A DNA stretch of 64,000 nucleotides from sequence record MF327007; one strand, 5' to 3'. Below, piece by piece: positions 58,965 to 64,000 of the stretch. Origin of the DNA: Shigella phage Sf21. Below the pieces are notes generated by a model. That model was not told the origin of the DNA, did not search any database, and worked only from the letters and a program-made list of their open reading frames with translations. The stretch's first letter is position 1. Every line of letters starts with the position of its first letter. The translations under genes and the position numbers were made by a program.

Positions 58965-59150
58965 GTAATCTAGTGGTAAGAGAGTACGATATATTTCAAA
59001 CTTTGGTCCTTTTTCATAGGCATCAAATGTTTCTGTAAATTTATTATAAGCGTATGCATCTACAAATTCGAGAATGACTTGTGATACAGAAGTAGAAACA
59101 TCTCCACCTTCTTTTTGAGCAATGACAATTGTTTCTAAGTAAGCTTTCAT
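58962..59150 (-). CDS. small hypothetical protein
   Basis: 62-aa ORF overlapping gene 30 stop by 4 nt. Confidence 0.45.
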   Translation of the reverse strand: MKAYLETIVIAQKEGGDVSTSVSQVILEFVDAYAYNKFTETFDAYEKGPKFEIYRTLLPLDY

Positions 59151-60607
59151 AAACCAGTTACCTCATGAAAATCACCAAATACATCCTCGAATGTATTAGC
59201 TTTAGTTTTATCTTCACGTAAACGAATCGCAATCGGAAGAAATAATTTAACGTAATCAGTGCGGCCATCAGATTTTAACCAACCGTTGCATTCGCACTCT
59301 AGAATTTTTCCAATATAATAATTTTGGTTTTCCATAATGCGAGTACGGTCAAGTTCATGCGATTTTACACCGGCTTTATCTTTTAAGCCTGAACCAGCAT
59401 TTACTTTAATTTTTCCACACTCTGACTCAAGAATAAATCCACCTGCTTTAGTAGGGTCTTTACGGTGAGGATAAATTCCTACAATTTTTAAATCAACATC
59501 AATTACTTCTTTAAATTTATAGAGATTTTTTGAACGAGCATTTTCCCATAATCCATCGGTATTTTTGAGAATAATACCTTCAAGACCTTGGTCAATATAC
59601 TTTTTATAAATTACCTTAGCTTCATCTAGGTTATTTACTACTTGGTTTTCAATTAAAATTACTTTATCATATCCTGATGTCATTTGTTCTAGTTTAGAAA
59701 AACGTACATCATATTTTAAACGAAACGCCGGAAGACCGTATATTTCTACTAACGGGACATAATCCCAGACCTGAAACTTCATGCATTGAGCTTCTTTTTC
59801 AGAAATGGTTCCCTTTAAAGATTTATTGGCGATGCCATTAGATGCAGTACGAGATTCAGCTACTTCGGCAAACTCTTTAGCTTTACTGATTTCAGGAGCA
59901 TCAAAAAGAAAATCTAGACCTTCTGGCTCTTTTTCAACTTGCTCATGATATACCAATTCGCCATCAATTAACACGCCTTCTGGATGAATCTGGCGGGCTT
60001 CTGCAGTCATTTTGATTAACTCTTCCTTAAGAAGATCTAATCCTAGATATTCATTACCAGCTCGTGATAAAAGACGAACATCATCTAATTCATCGCCTCG
60101 GACTTCAGCAAAACACCGAGCTCCATCTGCTTTTAACTGTGCAAAGGCTGGAAATTTGATATTCTTACTAATGCCTTTTTCATCATAAGAACTTGCCAGC
60201 ATTTGAGGTTGTTCAGGAATTAAACCTGGCCAAACTTTATTTGCAATAGATACTGAAGCACCGCATTCAAGATCTCGCATCATCACTCGACGCAAAACTT
60301 CAACATCATCCTTTTTACCATCAGTGATATATCCAGTTAATTCCTCAATTGCAGCATTTCCAGTCAATTTCCGAGTAGCTAACGTGAATTCAATGAAGTC
60401 AAGCATATCGGTAATAGTCAGCATTCCAAAACTCTGGGTAGCAATACCAGGTTTAGGCCATTTCTTGATATAATACTGTAACCCACGAGAATAAGTCAGA
60501 CGATATACTCGTTTAAGCAATTCATTATCTTTATTCTTTTCAAGAATTGCTTGCTTCTGCTTAGTTGATCCAATAGATGCTATTTCATTCAGAATTTTAA
60601 GAATCAT
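59147..60607 (-). CDS. 30: ATP-dependent DNA ligase (gene 30)
   Basis: 486 aa; N-terminus MILKILNEIASIGSTKQKQAIL; adenylation motif KADGARC. Confidence 0.97.
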   Translation of the reverse strand: MILKILNEIASIGSTKQKQAILEKNKDNELLKRVYRLTYSRGLQYYIKKWPKPGIATQSFGMLTITDMLDFIEFTLATRKLTGNAAIEELTGYITDGKKDDVEVLRRVMMRDLECGASVSIANKVWPGLIPEQPQMLASSYDEKGISKNIKFPAFAQLKADGARCFAEVRGDELDDVRLLSRAGNEYLGLDLLKEELIKMTAEARQIHPEGVLIDGELVYHEQVEKEPEGLDFLFDAPEISKAKEFAEVAESRTASNGIANKSLKGTISEKEAQCMKFQVWDYVPLVEIYGLPAFRLKYDVRFSKLEQMTSGYDKVILIENQVVNNLDEAKVIYKKYIDQGLEGIILKNTDGLWENARSKNLYKFKEVIDVDLKIVGIYPHRKDPTKAGGFILESECGKIKVNAGSGLKDKAGVKSHELDRTRIMENQNYYIGKILECECNGWLKSDGRTDYVKLFLPIAIRLREDKTKANTFEDVFGDFHEVTGL

Positions 60608-60873
60608 TGTTCATCCTTCAGAGTTTGATTTACATTTCTATTATAAATCAATTCATCATTAAGCTCAGGCAAAGACCTGTGATATGTAGTTCTAACTTTA
60701 TTTCCTTGCATCCAGTGCTTGACGTAAATGAAACCTTGCTCTACACATTTTTTAAAAATTCGTTCGTCTTTTTGAGCTCGGAATTCCGGATTGCATCTAA
60801 AAAATTGATTTACGTGACCATAATCACGTGTAGTATTACCTTCATTTTCATAAATAGTGTGAACGACAAACAT
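60604..60873 (-). CDS. hypothetical protein (30.1 position)
   Basis: 89-aa ORF overlapping gene 30 start. Confidence 0.6.
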   Translation of the reverse strand: MFVVHTIYENEGNTTRDYGHVNQFFRCNPEFRAQKDERIFKKCVEQGFIYVKHWMQGNKVRTTYHRSLPELNDELIYNRNVNQTLKDEQ

Positions 60874-61712
60874 TAGAATGCTCCTTGGAAAATATTATCA
60901 CCGCTAGTAGGTCTATTATACAAATACTCTATGCCACCAGGTTTAATATAGTTCCATGTCTGAAATGGATGTGTCTGATATGGATGGTATAGATGATTAT
61001 AAGGATTAAATCCAGGAGTTCTCCAGGTAGTGTTCCAAGGAAAAGAATCGTTTTTAACCATCTTCTCAATTAAATCTTTTATAGCTTTTTCACTATCAAA
61101 ACTTTCTTTATTTTCCTTCGGCGAAAAAAGCTTATTTTCTACATCATTCCATGTATAAACTCGCTGAGCAGTTTTTGGAATATTGTCACGCTCTCCTCGA
61201 GCCATCCAATAAACAGGAACATTTAATATTTCACTCGCATGATCGCAGTGATGAGCGAGATCGTCAATATAACAAATTACGTTATATTTCTCTTTTGCCT
61301 TTTTAAACAACTCTTCTTTTGAAGAATCATGACCACACATCATTACTTCTGAGAAGGCACCAGGAAAAAGAGCATTCAAATTAAATTGACGATTCAACAG
61401 AGCGTCAATAGAATCACCCAATGCTGTAACAGCTACAAAATTATAATCTTCTTTTAATTTGTTAATTACACACAGGGCATCTTTATATGGAGACAAGTAT
61501 CGAATAAAATCCGAACGATTGTATTTTTCAATTAGCTTAACGCCAAGTTCTTCATCGCAATTAAATAGTTTACCAGGAGAAATAAATTTCTCATCCTGGA
61601 TCATTTTTAAAATATGTTCTAACGGAAGATTATATTTCTGGGCAAAATAAGGAAGACCTGATTGCCAGCTTAAACATACTCCATCAATATCAGTTAAAAT
61701 AGTAGGCTTCAT
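60873..61712 (-). CDS. HAD-superfamily hydrolase (30.2 position)
   Basis: 279 aa; HAD motif I ILTDIDGV near N-terminus and acidic motif CYIDDLAHH. Confidence 0.7.
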   Translation of the reverse strand: MKPTILTDIDGVCLSWQSGLPYFAQKYNLPLEHILKMIQDEKFISPGKLFNCDEELGVKLIEKYNRSDFIRYLSPYKDALCVINKLKEDYNFVAVTALGDSIDALLNRQFNLNALFPGAFSEVMMCGHDSSKEELFKKAKEKYNVICYIDDLAHHCDHASEILNVPVYWMARGERDNIPKTAQRVYTWNDVENKLFSPKENKESFDSEKAIKDLIEKMVKNDSFPWNTTWRTPGFNPYNHLYHPYQTHPFQTWNYIKPGGIEYLYNRPTSGDNIFQGAF

Positions 61713-62173
61713 AGAGAATCTCTTAATAGGTTTAACACATTAATAAATTCAGCTTCGGTTAGTATTGTATCATCTTTTGTTAGACCACTAGCCATGCTGT
61801 GCTTCAAAACTTTTCCTTTCGAGGCTTGTAATGCATCACGAAAGCCCTTGTTTTGGATCGCTGCTTCAAAATATGCATTTGTGTATAATTCTTTCCACGC
61901 CGGGGAGTATCTTGAAAACGGAACTCCAAGCCAGAAGAGGGTCCCACGGTCCTGAGCTCTAGCATAAGACCTTCCAGCTTGTTGGGCGGCAAGCCCAGAT
62001 AACCCAAATATACGACGTTGTTGTTCAACATTTTTCACCTTGCATCCTTGGAGGAATCCTTCGAGACCTCCAAATTGAATACCATCCATAACGAAAGGCC
62101 ATTGAGCGAAATTACTTAATGCACATGATGGCCATCTAAAATTACTTCTAATCTCTAACTCAGACATTTTCAA
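61709..62173 (-). CDS. NADAR / YbiA-like (DUF1768) domain protein (30.3 position)
   Basis: 154 aa; block SNFAQWPFVMDGIQFGGLEGFLQGCK resembles E. coli YbiA FSNFAAWP...DG...SEHYFQAQK. Confidence 0.65.
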   Translation of the reverse strand: MKMSELEIRSNFRWPSCALSNFAQWPFVMDGIQFGGLEGFLQGCKVKNVEQQRRIFGLSGLAAQQAGRSYARAQDRGTLFWLGVPFSRYSPAWKELYTNAYFEAAIQNKGFRDALQASKGKVLKHSMASGLTKDDTILTEAEFINVLNLLRDSL

Positions 62174-62366
62174 TGCTTATAATTTCAACATCAGCCCAAT
62201 GACCATAGCAAGGAAGACGAAATTCAACTGGCCAGTTAGGGTCCTTTTCTAATATAATAGACTCAACTTGTGGTTCTTCGTGTTCATCAGTATACGGATT
62301 TTTATCTGTTACTTTATATGTGACCTTAATGTACTGAATTCCAAAAATCTTATTAATTATATTCAT
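62160..62366 (-). CDS. small hypothetical protein
   Basis: 68-aa ORF in overlapping array. Confidence 0.5.
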   Translation of the reverse strand: MNIINKIFGIQYIKVTYKVTDKNPYTDEHEEPQVESIILEKDPNWPVEFRLPCYGHWADVEIISIENV

Positions 62367-62560
62367 ATTAATTCCTTTAATCCATAGATAGGAGATAATT
62401 CATCGCCCATATGAAGGTCTTCATTTCCATCTACCCAAGAAACAATATAAGCCTCTTTTACTTGAACATCTCCCAATTTAAATGCGGGTAAAACCTTAGA
62501 AATTAATCCAGGTATACCAACTCCCTTTAATTCAACGGTTTGACCTAAAAAGAATTTCAT
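62363..62560 (-). CDS. small hypothetical protein
   Basis: 65-aa ORF in overlapping array. Confidence 0.5.
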   Translation of the reverse strand: MKFFLGQTVELKGVGIPGLISKVLPAFKLGDVQVKEAYIVSWVDGNEDLHMGDELSPIYGLKELI

Positions 62561-62847
62561 TAGAACCTCATCTGAAACCCATGTGATTTAACATTACCGC
62601 CGCCAATATCAGAAATATTAATTTCACGCGCAATTGAGGGATCAATGTCAATTTCGCCATTAAGTTTAATGATAGACAAAGTATCACGCCCATTTACAGT
62701 GCGAAACTCTAAAGGACAAACCACATCAACATAGTTTTTAATCGATTCGCTAGTAGGTTGCAAATGAGCAGGAAGGTCTTTAGGCGCCTTAGAGAAAACA
62801 ACTTCACAGAAATTTTTGCGGGTATCAAAATAAGTAGTCATAAACAT
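62560..62847 (-). CDS. hypothetical protein
   Basis: 95 aa from ATG at 62845-62847 (SD GAGGAAAAT); ORF-track start at 62898 overlaps upstream gene and hairpin. Confidence 0.55.
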   Translation of the reverse strand: MFMTTYFDTRKNFCEVVFSKAPKDLPAHLQPTSESIKNYVDVVCPLEFRTVNGRDTLSIIKLNGEIDIDPSIAREINISDIGGGNVKSHGFQMRF

Positions 62848-62863
62848 AGTATTTTCCTCAGTA

Positions 62864-62879
62864 AGGGGCCGAAGCCCCT
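62864..62879 (-). terminator. UUCG-tetraloop hairpin
   Basis: AGGGGCCGAAGCCCCT between 62888..63253 and SD of 62560..62847. Confidence 0.5.
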
Positions 62880-62887
62880 GTTTTATT

Positions 62888-63253
62888 TTAAATATCAAAT
62901 TCGTTAAGAACTACATCAAAGATTGCTTCAAGATGCTCAGGTTTAGCTCTGTTACTCAAAATATGACGAATCCAAGTTTTAACCAGAAGCTTACGATTAG
63001 CGCCATTCCAGCAAGGATGGGTCCCTAAATCGCGTTGACGAAAATCATCATCCAGAGCGATTTTAAAGTTGGAACCTTCCATCGTGATTGAAACCGTGAT
63101 ACCGTTTTCAAATCGCATATAAACGTAGTTAGGAGTCATATACTGTTCAATTTCGCATACTGATCCATTTTGATGTTTCCAAAGGCAAATAGTATCAATA
63201 GAACCTGCAATACCATTAGAAACATATTTACGTTCAAAGTTGATGTAGTTCAT
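62888..63253 (-). CDS. hypothetical protein
   Basis: 121-aa ORF followed by UUCG hairpin. Confidence 0.55.
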   Translation of the reverse strand: MNYINFERKYVSNGIAGSIDTICLWKHQNGSVCEIEQYMTPNYVYMRFENGITVSITMEGSNFKIALDDDFRQRDLGTHPCWNGANRKLLVKTWIRHILSNRAKPEHLEAIFDVVLNEFDI

Positions 63254-63321
63254 TTTTATTCTCCGAGATGTTTAATTGCGGTACAGGTATATAATATCAT
63301 ATCCTGTACCAAAGTAAACAA

Positions 63322-63654
63322 TTATTTTACTACTTTCCAGTGCTTCATGTCAAGTTTACCAACTTTTTTCATCTTCTCAATCAAACGTTCGGCACGTTGG
63401 CGAGCTGTAACATAATACCATTCGCCTAATTCATTTTGTTCAATTTTTCCAACGATTACTGTATTCAATTCATAAATCCAACCAGTAAAGAAATTATGAA
63501 CTTGAATTGTAAAGGTGAAATCTGTTCCCATACCTTCTGTTGTTTCTACTTCAATAATATCACCTTCAACTGCCATTAAGAACCACATAGTTTCATCATA
63601 TTTACCATTGAAGCATTTAGTCTTAACTGCAGCGTTCAGATTAATCGTTTTCAT
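63322..63654 (-). CDS. hypothetical early protein
   Basis: 110 aa; SD AAGGAGAATAAA; early promoter at 63682-63711. Confidence 0.6.
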   Translation of the reverse strand: MKTINLNAAVKTKCFNGKYDETMWFLMAVEGDIIEVETTEGMGTDFTFTIQVHNFFTGWIYELNTVIVGKIEQNELGEWYYVTARQRAERLIEKMKKVGKLDMKHWKVVK

Positions 63655-63681
63655 TTTATTCTCCTTTGTTTGTGTAAGATA

Positions 63682-63711
63682 ATACTATCACAAAGGAACC
63701 ATACTGTAAAC
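63682..63711 (-). promoter_or_regulatory. T4-type early promoter (conserved module copy)
   Basis: CATAAAGTTGTTTAC-N18-TAGTAT; precedes 63322..63654. Confidence 0.7.
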
Positions 63712-63742
63712 AACTTTATGCAATCTTTGGAAAATAAAAAAG

Positions 63743-63762
63743 GACTCCCGAAGGAGTCCTTA
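63743..63762 (-). terminator. UUCG-tetraloop hairpin preceding early promoter
   Basis: minus strand AAGGACTCC-TTCG-GGAGTCCTT after stop of 63765..63941. Confidence 0.55.
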
Positions 63763-63764
63763 AC

Positions 63765-63941
63765 TTATGCTTTCTGCTTACCAAAACGAGAAGCATCATC
63801 TCGAAGAACCGCACGTGCTCGGCGCATGATCTTCTCAACAGTTTGATTGATACGAGAGTTCGACCCACGCTTGTAGCCAGCGCGTTTAGAATCACCAACT
63901 TTCTTTTCAACTGCTTTCTTTGCTTTAGCTTGTTTTGCCAT
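63765..63941 (-). CDS. small basic protein (hypothetical)
   Basis: 58 aa from ATG at 63939-63941 (MAKQAKAKKAVEKK...); followed by UUCG hairpin. Confidence 0.45.
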   Translation of the reverse strand: MAKQAKAKKAVEKKVGDSKRAGYKRGSNSRINQTVEKIMRRARAVLRDDASRFGKQKA

Positions 63942-64000
63942 TATAAATTCTCTTTTAAATGAAAATGCAGGACTTATTGGCATTGCCTGCGCAAGCCCTC

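Noticed and set aside
63716-63910. 64-aa minus-strand ORF overlapping 63765..63941 in another frame
   Set aside because: The alternative frame (MAKQAKAKK...) has a plausible start context and ends right before the terminator hairpin; this frame would read through the hairpin.

Overview
This window is a segment of a T4-like (T-even, Tevenvirinae) myovirus genome. The core, 10.4-54.4 kb on the + strand, is the late morphogenesis module in T4 order: 53, 5, 5.1, 5.4, 6-12, wac, 13-24. After a minus-strand block (rnlB, hoc, inh), uvsW and the uvsY/25/26 block, the plus strand resumes with 51, 27, 28, 29, 48, 54. Identification rests on synteny, protein lengths matching T4, and directly visible motifs (fibritin foldon, terminase Walker A, ligase KADG, Rnl2 KIHGTN, gp5 lysozyme and beta-helix, 2H motifs in 57B). 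The left 7.4 kb is a minus-strand early/accessory region: novel small ORFs, an 11-gene tRNA cluster (the 8 T4 species plus Tyr, Asn, His), two internal-protein genes with capsid-targeting N-termini, and 57B (Acb1-like). The right 10 kb (minus strand) holds two tandem Alt-type ADP-ribosyltransferase genes, DNA ligase (30) and a string of small early genes including a HAD hydrolase and a NADAR/YbiA-like protein. Most unusual: a perfect 286-bp tandem duplication inside gene 53 that frameshifts this essential baseplate gene; three extra GUN-anticodon tRNAs; the tandem Alt pair next to a NADAR gene; a PspA-like/membrane-protein operon at the left edge; and five copies of a conserved early-promoter module. 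All calls are from reading the sequence and ORF track; no database search was run.
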